Assembly (NCBI GenBank): GCA_030704615.1
Contig: CM060732.1
Location: 5,890,001 to 5,954,000, forward strand
From: Takakia lepidozioides
Taxonomy: Eukaryota > Plantae > Bryophyta
DNA: 64,000 nt
Reading direction: 5' to 3'
A program made the position numbers and the translations under genes. A model generated the notes under the pieces. It was not told where the DNA came from. It saw only the letters and a program-made list of their open reading frames with translations, and made no database searches. Shown here piece after piece: positions 1 to 14,177 of this stretch; position 1 is the first letter of the stretch; the number at the start of each line of letters is the position of its first letter.

Positions 1-323
1 CTGCCTGGGTGGACTGTGTGCACTAGCTGGTTATGTCTTTGGGTGGGTTTATTTGTTGTGGATGGATCACTTTTTTGTGAAGAATGGTGGACGTGTGTAA
101 ATTAGAGTCTACAAGCTCCAAGTTTTTCGTGCCTATCCATTTTTTGTCACAAGACCCTGGCTAGGAAATCTAGCTGACAGTACAATGGCCACTATATCTG
201 ACCCACACATGTTAAAGCAATTAAAGATGATACCCTCTGCCATAACCAACAGGTTCATGTTCACCCATCTCTTTATGCATAGAGGCTGAGAAAGGGATTT
301 ATCCTTGAGGTTTTGGGCTACAG

Positions 324-2307
324 ATATGGTGGGCTGGCGTACATCTTCAATTCGAAGAGAGAGTGAGCTGTCAAAGGTATGACCTACCTTTACCACCATG
401 AAGTTCCTATAAAAGGGAACAAGCTAATGCTGTAGCTTCTTGTTCTTTTGCCACTGGGACACAACTTTTGGAGCTTCATGATTTGGAGTTTGATTCAAAG
501 TTGCGGGTGGGAATGCAACTTGTGTTACCAACCAACATTCTTTATATGTTCATTTATTATGATTCTTATCTTCAAGTGATACATAGCCTGCACAGGTGAC
601 AGCAATTGAGTTACAAGGACGAGTATTGATTTTAGAACTTCCATTGACATTGTACTAGGAAGCACAATGTTGTACCGAGCACCACACTAGCCTCATGCCT
701 AAACACAAATATAACACAGGCAGCACATGGGCTGTGATGCACTTCCAGAAACACCTAGGGACCAGCCAGATAAAGAGCTCGACCCTACAATATGGAGAAG
801 TATGAGGAAACAGATGTTCAGACCATGACAGTTGGCCATGTAAAAATACAAAGCTGGGAGCAATGAGGTGTGCAGTCATGGCAGACAGAGATAACAGATT
901 TAGACTTGTAGAATATGAATTCTTACTGTGGTGTATGGTTTGAATTGTTTGCAGCCGCCACGCAACTCATTGGATGGGTACAAGCATGTTGTGAATGTGG
1001 TCTATTGTCCAGCTGTTGAGAGCAATGCACCTGCTTTCCAGCAGGAGACTGCCAAAGCAAAAGCTGCCGCTCAAATTGCTCCCAGCAGCAAGAAAGCTCT
1101 GGAGTATCATGATATACTTGAAGGCATGTGCTGGGCTCCCTTTGGACATTTTGGAATGAATTTAGTTGTTCACCCCAAAATTATCATCTTTACCTGTTCA
1201 CTGGGTGAGAGGTGCTGTTAGGTTGGCCCTTTTTCTAGACGCTGTGGAATTGACTGTACTTGCACACACCTGCAATCTCTCTCTCTCTCTCTCTCTCAGG
1301 TTCCGCTCAAACTGAGCGCGGGGTCAATGGCCACAAGGCTGCGGCAAACAACGTCTTATGAGTACATTCTCTCTCTCTCTGCCCTGTTCACTGGAAATGA
1401 TCAGTGAGTGCATTCTCTTTTCCCTCTCCCAATCTTTGTCATAGGCTTCCAGCTTGAGGCATTTTGTCTCAGGTCGACACTTGAAAATGTCTTTCATTCT
1501 TCTCTTTCTCTTTCTCTCTCTCTCACACACAATCTTGAGGCTGAGCCTTCAGCCCTGGCCCTCTTGGGTTCTAATTACTGGGCAGCTCACACACAGCAAG
1601 TTGATGCTTGTGTGAAGGGCTTTCTAGAGGGTTAAACCCTTACTAATTGTCTATATCAAGGTAAGTCACACTACGAGAGTGAGCCCCTCACAAAGGTTGT
1701 TTCTATTCCCTTTTGTTCTGCCCAAACTGGGCGCAGGGTGTATGGCCACAAGGCTACAGCAAGCACCGGCTTGAGATTACTTTCTCTCCCTCACACACAC
1801 GACAGCAAGCTTGCATTGCATTTGCACTTACGCTGGTGGAGGGATGGTTTTGAACAGAGGAAATGATACGAGGATTGCAGCAGGTGAGTTGGCGCAAAGT
1901 CGATGTGAGCTTCCATTCAGCTCTATGGCCATATCTGGCTCACAATCACATACATGTAAGTCATCTCCGTTTACTTTCTTCCCCGGGTGAAGATTTGTTG
2001 GAGTATTCTGCAGGGTTTTCTGAGAAAAGTACACCTATGAAGATCTTGTGATATCAACAAAGACACAGATATCTTGTGCACATCATACAAGACACTATCA
2101 AGACCATGATGCCAATAGTTCAGCCTAACGGTAGCTGATTGGATGGGCTTTGAACTCCAATAATGTGAAGATTCTGAACTGGTTTGCTTGTCTGACTGGC
2201 AGGTCAAGCAAGAGTGGATGCATTATGAGGGAGCAGGGGTGGTTGCCCATGTTGTGGACATGTTCAAGCAACAAGAGCATTGTGTCTTCTTGGAGGCAAG
2301 CCTGTAA
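324..2307 (+). CDS. 3' part of a DUF676 putative serine esterase/lipase (alpha/beta-hydrolase); 5' exons lie upstream of the window
   Basis: Exons 324-376, 955-1123, 1858-1955 and 2203-2307 splice in frame to MVGWRTSSIRRESELSK/PPRNSLDGYKHVV...LEYHDILEE/EMIRGLQQVSWRKVDVSFHSALWPYLAHNHIH/VKQEW...EASL*. This matches the C-terminus of plant DUF676 proteins. Intron 1124-1857 has a GC donor. Confidence 0.9.
1298..1785 (+). mobile_element. Two 5'-truncated LINE 3' ends (about 1298-1372 and 1531-1785) inside the DUF676 intron
   Basis: They match the reverse complement of 6720-6970 (e.g. GGCCACAAGGCT.CGGCAAACAACGTCTTATGAGTACA, GATGCTTGTGTGAAGGG). Both are flanked by (TC)n tracts. Confidence 0.75.
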
Positions 2308-3369
2308 GTACTGGTGATGAAAGCTTTCCTTTACAGGTTTCTCACTGTCCAATGAAGATATGTTTGGGGAATCGGCTCTGTACTTTACGGGCCAATCAAA
2401 CTAGGCCACTTTGGACTTGACTGAGAATTGCTTTACACTCTTAGTTAATATTCCGATTTGAGACGTTTAGCAAGCTGTAGTTTGGCCTTTCTCTGAATCG
2501 TCAATTATTCTTTGAAAAAGGGGATCCAAGGTCTAAGTCCTACCGCGACATCGTTTCTTGGAGCCCCTGATCTTGGAGCACTCGAGATATTTAAAAAGAT
2601 AACTTCAAATCACTTGAAGATCAAACTTTTTACTCTCTTTGAGACTCCTCAAAAGCCTCTGCAAGCGCCATTGGTGCATAGTTCACTCCTGTTTTCTGCA
2701 GGCTCGTTTTGTCCCTGCCCGAAAACGGCAATCTAACGGCGCGGGGTCCAAAAAAGGAGCGCAGCTTGCTCCACGGTTGGCTCAGCCCGGTAGAATTGCT
2801 GCCGGCCCCACCTTATTTCTGCCTCCCGCCCAGCACTTTTGCCAATCATACTGGACCCGCCAACCACTTTACATTAAATTTGTGAGTTAATGATGTCAAC
2901 GGGCAAGGCACCAGGATCTACCTTTTGTGGATGTGAATTAATGGAAGTGGGTCCCGAAGGTAAAGTGAGGGGATTAAGGAAAAGCACACCTGGGAATTTG
3001 AAGCGCCCTGAAATATTAAAAGCTCTGCTCCCTAGAATTTTTCAAAGTGCAAATTTAGCGTTGACTTGCCTACGTGATAGGCCAAATGAGGAAAATAACA
3101 TCTAGGGCTCAGATTTTATCAAAATGCCAAATTGTTTTGGACAAAGCACTCTGTAATGTTAGTGTGTACTTACAAGAGGAATTAGAAATATCATGTCATG
3201 GCTGTACTTGGGTAAGAAGCCAAACCATGAAAATTTAACCCCCCCAGTTTCACATACAAAGCACCCCCCTTAATTTTTGGCAGATTCACCTGAAATTTGG
3301 TGTGAGGGTTTGGGATGCAGCACTACATTAGAGTATGGCTGGGATTCTCCCTGCAAAATTTTGCAACAT

Positions 3370-4003
3370 AGATTTTTTGCTTTGGTCAAAGGTGAAGTTT
3401 GCCTTGGCACCCCTTGCCCCACCTCCCTTGCACCTTTCTTAGGCTCTGGACCCTATGTTCTGCTCTTTCTTGTTCTATTTCTAGGTAGCTGGCAGATCGC
3501 GCCTCCCAGAGTTGCTGGTTCCTTTAGCTAGTGGCCCTTAAGGCACCTCCCCTCTCTAGATGATTTGGTCATGAAGCTGTCTTTTTGGGTCAGCCTCCAT
3601 GGCACTCGTTGTAGAGGTTATTTTTTCTTCTTGTACTTCTTGAACCTTCGGTTATGCCTTTTAACTTCAATAAAATATCCAGGGCCTCAGTCCCCCGTTC
3701 TGTAAAAAATTTAAAAAAAAATTGTTTTTTTTTTCATTATGCAGAAAATGCACCTTGTTCAAATGTTATAATCTCCCAAATAGAAAGGTGATTCGCTCCA
3801 GGAATATTGCTTTCCAGGATCAGGCTCTCAGCTTAGCTTGCTAATCGATATTGTTCAACGGGGTATCCGTCGCGGTTCGCCGTGTGTTTGGGCCTTATGG
3901 CGGCCTTGTGCCAACAGGGGTTTTAATTTTTTTCCCCAAATTAATCCAAACAAATTAATCCAGGGCTCTGTCCCCTGTTTAAACCCCCCCAAAAAAAAAA
4001 AAA
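3370..4003 (+). mobile_element. Possible tandem retroposon (LINE/SINE) 3' tails
   Basis: Two similar segments ATCCAGGGC..GTCCCC.GTT, each followed by an A-run (about 3677-3721 and 3957-4003). Confidence 0.3.
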
Positions 4004-5055
4004 AGTGGAATCTCCCCTAATTTGGGGTGCTTGTGCATCTGGCAGGTACTTCCTACTGTTCATCCACGTGGATGAAAGGGAAAGGGAGTAAGGCAGCTAC
4101 AGGCTGACGTGTGAGAGTGGGTCCGGTTTTGTCCCAAAATCCTAAAAGAGGTCTGATGGCTTAGGGGTTAACTTACCTAGACGCCACTATTTCGGTTTTG
4201 GGGTTACTTGTAAAGAGACCCTTACTGAAGACCTCTTTCTGCAACCATGAGAAACTTTGCAGGGTTCACATAGAAGCTCGATGAGCATTGATTCCGCAGT
4301 ACTACATTTACATTGGAGCTATCAGTGAGACCTGTCAGCTGTTTTTTGAAGTCTTTATGTGCTCCTACCCGTTAATGTTCATCGCCAAGGCACTCTTGTC
4401 AAGATATCTCCCAGTCCTCCGTATCTGTAAAGGAAAGGCCAAGCAAATATAGAGGGTGGCAAGGTTTCCAAGAGGCCATGTAAGCTTAAAACAATGTCCT
4501 CCATTGTAGTCATGATTGTGGCCATCTACCTACCAAGTAAGGTTACCTAGACAAGGAGATTAATTTTTTTTAAGACACCCCAACATCTCAACTGCCAAAG
4601 GATGAATTCAGCTCAATGTGTTAGAAGTTCATTTACATTGATTACAACACTACAAATGACCTATTTCGCATGTCAACAGCTGCAAGAGTAGAACACAACA
4701 AACTGAACACCCTTGGGAGCATCGCCACCAACATCCACCCATGCAGTACACCAGTAAACCAAAAAGATAATATTTTTAAATGGGTTTGTAGTACAATTAC
4801 CCAGTATGTTGGCAAGAATATCTGTTGGTCTGTGTCCGACACCACCCTTTTCTCAAGGTATTGTGGAGGGCAAGCCGGGATCCCCGAGCAGCACTATGCT
4901 TTTCTAACTACCACTCTTCCATGGCTACACTATTTAAACATTTGGACAGTGACCAACCCCTGTGCCCACAGCAAAGAACCACACAAAGCCCAAAAAAAGG
5001 CAGTGATAAGAGCAGAGGTTGTCTCCAACATGCTCAATAGCTCATTGTACATCAA

Positions 5056-6285
5056 CTAACACTCAATAATGCCTCCCAGGCAGTACGTGCCCACCAAAAA
5101 CCAACCAACAAGTAAAATGGAGAAGACAGCCCAACCTATTAGAAACGGCCACCCTGCCACCACCACTCCTACAGTTGTGACCAGAACAAAGGGTGCATAT
5201 GCACGCAGAAACCCCCGGACATTAACAAAATTCCCCCTCACAAGTACCAGAAGAAGTATGCTGACGAGATTCCATTGGACCGAACCCTGATATGCCACTC
5301 TATTGAGGCAATTTGCCACAAAGGAGTGGCAGTTACAAGTGAAAATGTTGTACGTCTTGTGCTGGAAATTCTGCATTGAACTTTGCAGCCCATCGTCCCA
5401 GGAAATGGCAGTCCCCCTTTCTCCATGTATGAAGCCGTCCTTACATGTATGCGCTGATAGGTGAGGTGGGAAACAGCACTGCCATCCAAGTATCTCTATG
5501 TTCATTAAAATTCCCTCTCCCTTGACAGTCTCTCCCGCCTTTCATTCAAAAGTGGAACTTACACTGCAACTGTAGGTTACGTACATGCGATGGATCATGT
5601 TCAAACTCAGCATTGTTAAGCACACCATTCTATGTATGTAGTCATCCGTCCCCATAGCTCTGAAAGACATCCATTAATGTAGTGGTAAGATAAGGCCAGG
5701 TCACCTGGTTGGGATTGAGGCGGACATATTTAGCAGCAGCCCCAAATAGGAAGTTGTCAATGTTCACAAAGTAGGGTCCTGCAAAGTCCAGGATGACCCC
5801 ATCTTCTCTACAGATGCCCACGTGGCCTACAAAGGGGGCCAACCATGCCACCACCGGCAGCGGTGTCCACACAAGACAAAATGGAAACCGTGCCTTGTTA
5901 ATGTCTATGGGAGGCAACTCAGGGGCTGCCTTTCTCAGCACCTGCAACCCAGTCTAACCAGCTATGAGTCAGCTCAGGCACCGGTGCACCTCCTTTCTTC
6001 TTTATTGACAAACCTAGGAATTTAAAAAAAAATAGTACAAGAACATCCACTAGCTATATTTTAACCAGCACAAGTAAGTGCAAAAACGCAGTTGCATTGA
6101 AATTGCATCTGAAAACAGTTAGTATCCTTGGAGCAGTGTAACCTGTAGATCACCCACCCACACACAATCCAGTGCTCTTTGAATCAATCCTTTTATACAA
6201 TAAGGTGCCTATTGTGTAGTGATTGTACCTCTTTCTCATGATTGACTACACTGGCCTCCTCATCGCTGACTGCTGAAATTGTCAT
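5056..6285 (-). CDS. RTE1: REVERSION-TO-ETHYLENE SENSITIVITY1 / TMEM222 (DUF778) homolog
   Basis: Exons 6285-6229, 5941-5705 and 5478-5056 with GT-AG introns. Motifs [36 protein letters not shown] and [17 protein letters not shown], with a hydrophobic C-terminus. The first exon and start codon are less certain. Confidence 0.9.
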
Positions 6286-6439
6286 TCCACGGATTGGTTG
6301 TGGCCGCAAAAACCCCAAACCTCCCCGGCCATATGTATCTTTTTCATCCAGAATTGATGCTGAACACCATTCAAACAAGTAAAACTCAAGTCATAAATAC
6401 AAACACCAGGCCAGACTGCAACCAACATATTACCTTTTT

Positions 6440-8070
6440 TCTTGGGAGTAGGCAGAGAGCATGAGAAAAAGACCAGCGGGGTGGGGCTGCAGAGGATGTA
6501 CTCATAAGACGTTGTTTGCCGTAGCCTTGTGGCCATAGACCCTGCACCCAGTTTGGGGAACAAAAGGGAACAGAAACTACCTTTGTGAGGGGCTCACTCC
6601 GGAGTCCGGTAGTGCGACTTACTGGGGTCGCAGAGAGACAGAGAATGTACTCATAAGAAGTTGTTTGCCATAGCCTTGTGGCCATAGACCCTGCGCCCAG
6701 ATTGGGCGGAACAGATTGTACTCATAAGACGTTGTTTGCCGTAGCCTTGTGGCCATTGACCCCGCGCCCAGTTTGAGCGGGAACAAAAGGGACAGAACCT
6801 ACCTCTGTCAGGGGCTGACGTTGGTAGTAAGACTTACCTCCATATAAAGAATTAATCCGGGTTTTCCAGATATCCTCTAGAAATCCCTTCACACAAGCAT
6901 CAATCTGCTGTGTGTGATTTGCCCAAAAACTAGGCCTCAGGAGGGCTGGGCTTTTGGCTCAGCCTCGAGACTTTCAAAGTTGGTAAACAGGGGTACAGGC
7001 ACAATTCCCTTAATAGATTTGAAGAGAGCATCTCTTTGGTGAGAGAACCCCGGACAGTGTATCAGAAAATGAATACTGTCTTCAGATTGCCCACACAACG
7101 GGCAATTGCACTCTCCCTTTCCTCTCTGCTTCTGTTTGCTGTTCAAAGGTAGGCTTCCTGCCCTGAGTTTAAATTTCAGTCTAGTGCCGAGAGTGGGTAG
7201 ACCCTTGAGGTCATCCAAGATGTCCTCCCCCATGTCACAGACTGGAAACAAGTTCAGGGAAGTTTTCTGCCTAACTTCATTTTCATCAGACATGGCTGAG
7301 GACACTACAGCCTCTCTAAGTCAGATTTATCCAGCAGGGTCAAGACTTGCGGATCCAGGTCCAGGTCCTGAGGATCTCTTCTACTCTCTTCTGCCAGGAC
7401 TTAGCTTGTTTGACAGGGCGGTCCTGTTTCCAAGATATAGAGTCGATTAACTTAGGATATCTGGTGTTGGGCATATGTTGCAGCTGACCCCACCATCTGA
7501 CCTTGAATTCATCTCGTCGGGAGCTTAAGGACGGAATGCCAAACTCCCCGAACAGCTACATTGGCTGTTTGGAGCATGCTGACATACACTCCTTAAGCAC
7601 CCCCACTTGAATGGATTCTAGAGACTTAGCCTGGTTGGAGTTATCAACCCATATAGCAGATCCGTACTCCAAGGCAGGTCTAATAACGCGACAAAGCATG
7701 GTTTTCTTAACCTCAGAGTTGACCCCTCTGCAGTGGAAAAATTTAGTGAGCCCTAGAGCTTTGCCCTTGCCAGTTTGAACAACTTTCCGGATATGTGCAT
7801 CCCAATTACAATTGGAGGAGAACTCAACGCCCAGGTAAGTGTAGGAAGGGAGGACCGGGATCTCTTGGCTACCCCACTGCCACTTAAGATCACTTCCTCT
7901 CTCTCCTCTGTCGTTGAATGCTACCACTGCACATTTGCTGACATTAGCCTCTAGCCCCCAAAGATCAAAGTATCTCTTCGCGCAATCAATCAACTCCTGG
8001 AGATTGGTTGGAGTCTCCCCTATGCCTGCGAAGTCATCCGCAAACATAAGGGCTGGTTGGGCGGAACAGA
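6440..8070 (-). mobile_element. 5'-truncated non-LTR retrotransposon (LINE, RTE/RTE-X-like) with a triplicated 3' end
   Basis: RT motif LMFADD...YTYLGV in ORF 7556-8089. C-terminal KLRAG...CPLC..SEDSIHFLIHC in ORF 6937-7305. Three copies of the 3' motif at about 6498, 6645 and 6718. Confidence 0.8.
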
Positions 8071-10341
8071 GAGAAAGAGAGACACCCAAGAAACCAACAA
8101 GGTGACCTTACATTCATTCTGTTGCGGCGTGACGATGCGCAGATATTGGCTTGAAACTGAAGTAGAATAAGAGGAGAAATCCATGGGCACCAAGCTGCAT
8201 CCAATAAATGCCACCACCTAATCCTGCAAAAAGGACAGAATTGATTTCAGATTTTCCTGACATGAATAAGACTAAAACCAGACACCACCCCCACATTCTC
8301 TGGAAACTTGGTGTAACCTTGCATGTCAACAGTGCATATCTATCTAAGTCACCCTGTCGTATCACTTATCTGAAAAGCTAAAATGCAATCCCTGTGGTGC
8401 TCATAAAGATGTGACATCAGAGGAACCTGAGTATATCTTGAGAGTTTGAGTGAAATCCCCAAAACTCATGGGTCAGAAGGGAGAGCTTCCCTCAACTGTC
8501 AAAGAGCTAGTGGCATGATTCTCCACATCTATTAACAAGACACCTCTGCACTGCAAGAGTGGACAAGTATACCTTCACCGATAATTTCTGGATTGACGCA
8601 GACAAGCAGCATTCTCAGTGGGCATAGGTTACCCTTGTTTGCAATGTACAACCATGACCAAAGAACCTATGAATATCATCTGGGCAAGTGTAGGAGATGT
8701 GCAAGAGCACATCAACAACTGCAGTCTGATCAAACGCCAAAAAATAGTGCCTTCTGAGATCACCTGTCGGGTTCAACAGTTATTTCAATGAAATGGTCTC
8801 ATGGGCCTAAAGCTAAAGCAATCAGAGTCTATTCTAGTTGTTGCACAGTTTTATGTAGTTAAAAATACATCAATTGAAGCCCAGACCTAGGCCTGACCCC
8901 TGTGAGAAATGACCAAGCAAGGTCATGCCATTGTCAACCAAACCCAAGGCAGGATATCAGCAGACCACGGTGTGAGAAAATAAAGAAACAAAGCTTTCTG
9001 GACCATTGTTTCTGCAGCACAGCCTGCTGTGACTCAGAGACCAATTTCTAAGGGTAGTAGAGCCTGGGAGTATCTGGAAGAAAGAAGGGCGAATTGGGCT
9101 GCACAACAAACAGGATATTTTGATACACTCCTTTGATACCTCACTAATTTACAGATTGAAAGGCGTTGACATTTTTCGCATCAAAAGGGTTGTATCTGCA
9201 AAATTGTGACAGGGATGACCAACCAGAACCCTCTAAGTTGCTCACAAGCAAAATTGAGAGCTATTAATGGCTGGGGCTCGCACATCTGACGTTGCTGGTC
9301 TCCCAAACAGGGCTTTGACATTTGAAAGACACTCTCAAAAACCGGATTCGACGCCCACCATACCTTCACCTAAGTTTTCACGCACATCTGTGCAAGGAGA
9401 TTCTTTAGCGCTAAGGATCCCAAAACAGGATCAACAATAACAGGAGTAACATGACAGCCGAGCACCAGCCGTGCCATCCATCCATTTTATAGCTACCAAT
9501 TCCAAAATGAGCCAAGAGAGAGACAGATGGCCGGCTGACTACAACTATAGTCCAAGGAGGCCACTGATCAGCAAGATACAATGCCATACAAAGACCAACG
9601 ATTGTGGAAGACGATAGAAAATTGAGAATACAGTGAGGTAGATGAGCTATCTCACGATCAATGTCGCTGGTAAAGACGTGAAGTGCAATTCTGAGGTCCT
9701 TTATATCCACTTGGCATCCAAAACGCCAGTTGTTCGCACCCCCACAGTTCAAACTCAACAAACCAAGGCCTCCTTCTACCTTTTCAAGGCTTGGGCACAA
9801 AAAAACCTAATGGCCTCTGTAGTAAGAATGACCTGTTTGACAGTCCAATCCAAGGGCACATTACAACCGGTAGCTTAACAAAAGGAAATTCCTGTATACA
9901 ATCCTAGTTCAGCATACTGCCATCGCTCTTTGCCACTAACCCTGAGTTCCTGACTGATCAACTACTTTCCTTCCTCTGGGTGTGTAATGCAGTGAAGCCA
10001 CGGAGAAGCATAACCGGGTGCCCTTTCCCACCCGCGATAAGACCATAGATCGTCCGGTTGCCCCTCTATCAGCGGTCAGAATATTCCTGGCATCTGATGA
10101 AAGATGCCCTCAACTTACAATGCCAAAGTTTGATGGCAGTGTCAATTTCATCAAACTTGCAAACTAATCTTTTTATATCAGACGTGTCGGATGGTTTGCA
10201 CTAGACATAGGATGGGAGTTGAATGCACACCTCCGGGCCTTACCAGTCCACCGGAGTTCGTGAGTTTGTCGTCGAGTCTAGCACTATCCTTGGGGATTCA
10301 CGCCCCTCCCGCTACCCCTTCTCGGGTCCAATGCTCCCAAG

Positions 10342-10631
10342 TTCCTAGTCCCCCGCCCCCAGCTCCCTTATTTTTGCTCCCCAACCCCCATGTTTTTGCT
10401 TCCCGCTCCTATGTTCCCCTTCCTCCGCTCCTTTGTTACTACTCCCATGTTCCTATTCTCGGTCCCCTCCTCCAGTAGCCGAGTGGAGTAGGGGAGCGGG
10501 AACAAGGGACCGAGATCAGCAACAGGAGAGCAATAACAAGGGAGCAGATGAGTGAGAGCAGTAACAAATGAACGGTATATAGGCGAGAAAAAGGGAGCAG
10601 GAGATCGGAGATCCGCTTCAAGGACTAGGAA
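10342..10631. repeat. Imperfect foldback/MITE-like segment within a diverged local duplication
   Basis: Ends TTCCTAGTCC / GGACTAGGAA, with a pyrimidine-rich left half and purine-rich right half. Segment 10158-10350 is reiterated at about 10650-10865. Confidence 0.4.
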
Positions 10632-13600
10632 ATTGTTTTGGAAATGCAAGCAAATTAATCTTTTCTATACGTGTCGGATGGCTTGCACTAAACATAGTAT
10701 GGGAGTTGAATTCGCACATGCGAGCCGGTCACCAAGGCTCGTCAAAGACGCCATTGGCGGGCTCTGTATAGTCTAGTGTTCCCCTCGAGTGGTGATCCCC
10801 CCTTCCCGCTTTCTCCCTCCTGGATCCCACGCCCCAAGGGTCCGCTCCCACATTCCTAGTCCCTAGAGTCTTCTCTCTCTCTCTCTCTCTCTCTCTGATT
10901 GACCCTTGGAAAAGCTGAAATCTGACTTTCTGCTTGGATGTTCTTTCACTCAGAGTGGGTACTTTGCTAATGAGCTGGGTTTTGTTGGCACTGCAACAGC
11001 AGTGACACTTGACTCCCTCAATGCCCTCTGAATGGATCCCTTTGTTTTGCAAAAAACCAAATGTATACTCTTTCGTGATGTCCATCCCCCTCACTTTCCG
11101 TCTCTGTAACCATTTGAGAGGGTCTAGGTTAGTGTCAACCCAAAACTTTCTACTTAAAAGTTCTTTCCTGTAGTTCCACAATGCCCAAACAAATATCCCA
11201 TAGTGGATTTCTTCAATTGATTGACCCTCTTTTCTTTTGCAGAAGCTTTTCTATGCTTGAAACTACCTCTATACCTTCTTTCCCTGGGGGATGCCTCCGC
11301 GTGAGCGTGTGAGAAGTGAACGCATTCAGGCTCATGTCACGTCAGCAGTTCTCGCCACGTTGGTTCACGGGTGTCACGGCACGTCAGCGGTCCTTGCCAG
11401 TGTGGTTGACGTCACGCCATGTCATTTCCATGGGCACGGACCTATAACCGCAGACAGAACAGGCGGAAGGGGGGAATGCTAGATCATGAGCTCAGATGTG
11501 TGAGGTAGGTGCCTATTTCCGCGGAATGATTTACCCTTTCCAGTCATTGCAAACTACATCTTTAATATCCATCCCACTGCCGGCCCTCGTGTCATAAGCT
11601 ACGATTTGATAAGTATGCGATTGCCGAAGTTAGACCTTTATCCCTCCCATGAAAGAGAGAATTAGCATGCTAGTTACAACAAGCTTATGTATCAGTCGAT
11701 AACAAGGTGTAGTAGCAGTTCCCACTGCAGATCCCCAACCCTAAAAGTTAGCCGGAGTAAAATTGAGGCTTTCCTATGTAAAAATCACCTAGATGGAATA
11801 GACTAATTTAGATATGGTCTACATACTAAGCCCTTGCATGTTTTGAAATCGATGTGTTTGAATGAAACATTCTCCGGCATGGTCGGGAAGAAAGTCAATG
11901 TATCGGTTTGTCTTGACACAAGCGAATTATGCACTTCTTATGGATGAATGTTTGTGGATTAAGATGCATAGTCCTCTGCATAGATGAATGTGTCCAGCTC
12001 GTGTGTGTACGTACGTACGTTTTTGCGACAGATGTACATACGTAATCACAATATGTATATGTAATCGTAGAGGAAAACAAACGGATACAGGCAGGGAGGT
12101 GGACAGGCTGGGAGGGAGGGGTGATGGCGGGCGTGACAGAGATGGAGGAGAGACAGCGCAAGGCAGGCTTCGCGATTACCATGGCATCGAACTGTGTGTT
12201 CAATCATGTTCAACCCTAACCCTAACGCTAAACCCTAAACCGCAAACCCTGACCCTAAATCATAACCCTAAACTCCATCTATCAAAGGTGATGATCGTCG
12301 ACGATCATCACGATCTCTACCCAAATGCCAAAACAGAGCAGAAGTGATAATCGTCGACGATCATCACTTCTGCTCTGTGTTTTTTTCTTTTCTTTTCTTT
12401 TCTTTTCGTGTTTAATATATATATATACAGGGCAGAAGTGATGATCGTCGACGATCATCACTTTTGCTCTGGTTTGGCATTTGGGTAGAGGTCGTGATGA
12501 TCGTCGACGATCATCACTTCTGCTCTGTTTTGGCATTTGGGTAGTTGTGATGTGTCGCTCACCTCACTTCGGTAAGCTCTCCTTCAAGTCACAGTTACTC
12601 ACTTTGATGCGCGTGCCTAACTCTCAAACTGGCCGCCGGGCCAACTCGGAGCTTCGGCTGCTCACCGAGACATAACGGTCCCTCTTTGCTCATCCACAAG
12701 ACCCTCTCTCACTTTGGGCCTAGTGGAAAATTCCCTTTGGTTGTTGGCAATCCGGAACAGCTCCCCACACCTTTGGTCGCTTTTCAGCTCGCACGCTTAC
12801 TCTAGTTTTTGGTCACCAACGGGCTTGCACCGTTCTCGGGGTTACTACTCCCTATATATACTTCTGTGACTCTCCGCGGGGGTTTCACAAACAACCCAGT
12901 CATTTTATGGTGAACCACCACGAAGACTCTCCATTCCGGGTGATGAGTCGCGGTGAGTCTTGGCCCACCCACCACGGCCCCATTGGACCATGATGAGTCC
13001 CAAGACTCCCCACGACTCCCACCACAAGGTCTCCGCCCATGGTGAGTCTATGCCACCCCACTAAGGCCAACCTAAGCTACCACCACCCCTCGTGGAACCA
13101 CCCCCACCGCAACCGGTGTGCGGGGGCTCCACCTAGTGAGCGCCTCCGCCTCCTTGAGTGCCTTGGGCACTCAAGGGTGCTTCAGCCCCCGTACCTATTG
13201 TTGCCACTGCCCCCACCACAGGGGCAGCCCCTCTTGTGTCCCGACCCCCTGCCCTCAAGGCAAAGGGCCGCGACACACACCCCTACCAACAGGGAGTCGA
13301 TGTCCTCATCGACTTGTCCATTTTGTAGAAACTAACATCCAAGTTGTGGCGTCCCACATCAAGGAGTTTGTTTCCGTACCATGGCGTCCCATAGCAAAGA
13401 ACCAAACCCCCATTTGACTCTACTCTCCACTAGCTAGTTCGGCTGACTTCCTCCAAGTCCCGGCCAAGGGTGGAGCCTCTCAAGCTCCACCCAGTGCACT
13501 CTTCTTGGCCCACTTCAAGGCCAAGGAATGATCCTCCCTGAGGATTGAATCGCCTTACTGCAACAACATTGTTTGCGACCGCTCATGATGCCGCTTTGCA

Positions 13601-14177
13601 TCACCTTGAGCAAGGGTTCACCTTGAACCCTTTTTGACTAGGAAGATAACCTTGAACCAATCGTGCGCCTCAATCACTACAATTGGGTCCGCCTTGTAAT
13701 ACTGGCCTAAGATATGGGAACACGCCAAAGCCGCACTACGACTTCATCTCGAGGTTACACGATTATAGTACGTGAACGGAAGCACGTAGCTTCCGCGTTA
13801 GTCCGCACTACAAGACAACCCCCTCGGTACTGCAGTTATAGTACGCGCACGTGCCAGGTGCGCACTAGCATGTGAACTTCCAAAGAAAACGCAAGTTTCC
13901 TTGCCCCTTGGATGGGAGTCACCCGATTTCGGCACTGCGCAAACACACGATTAATCCAATTTACCTCTCCCACTTTTGTAAGCTAGCATGCATTCTACAC
14001 ACTAGCCAACCATACCATGCATCACCATTCCAAACAAAATAGGAAGCACAACATTTGGAAACCATTTCATTTATAACAAAATTTGTACAACACAAGTTTT
14101 TGCAATCGGATTCCTGAACTAGCTAAGCCGGACTAAGCATGCATTTCCTCCCCCACGATCCAAGGTTGATGTCCTCA

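Noticed and set aside
12211-12280. True telomere or chromosome fusion site
   Set aside because: Short, degenerate, and part of an inverted pair with 19860-19930; the polarity is not that of an end-to-end fusion.
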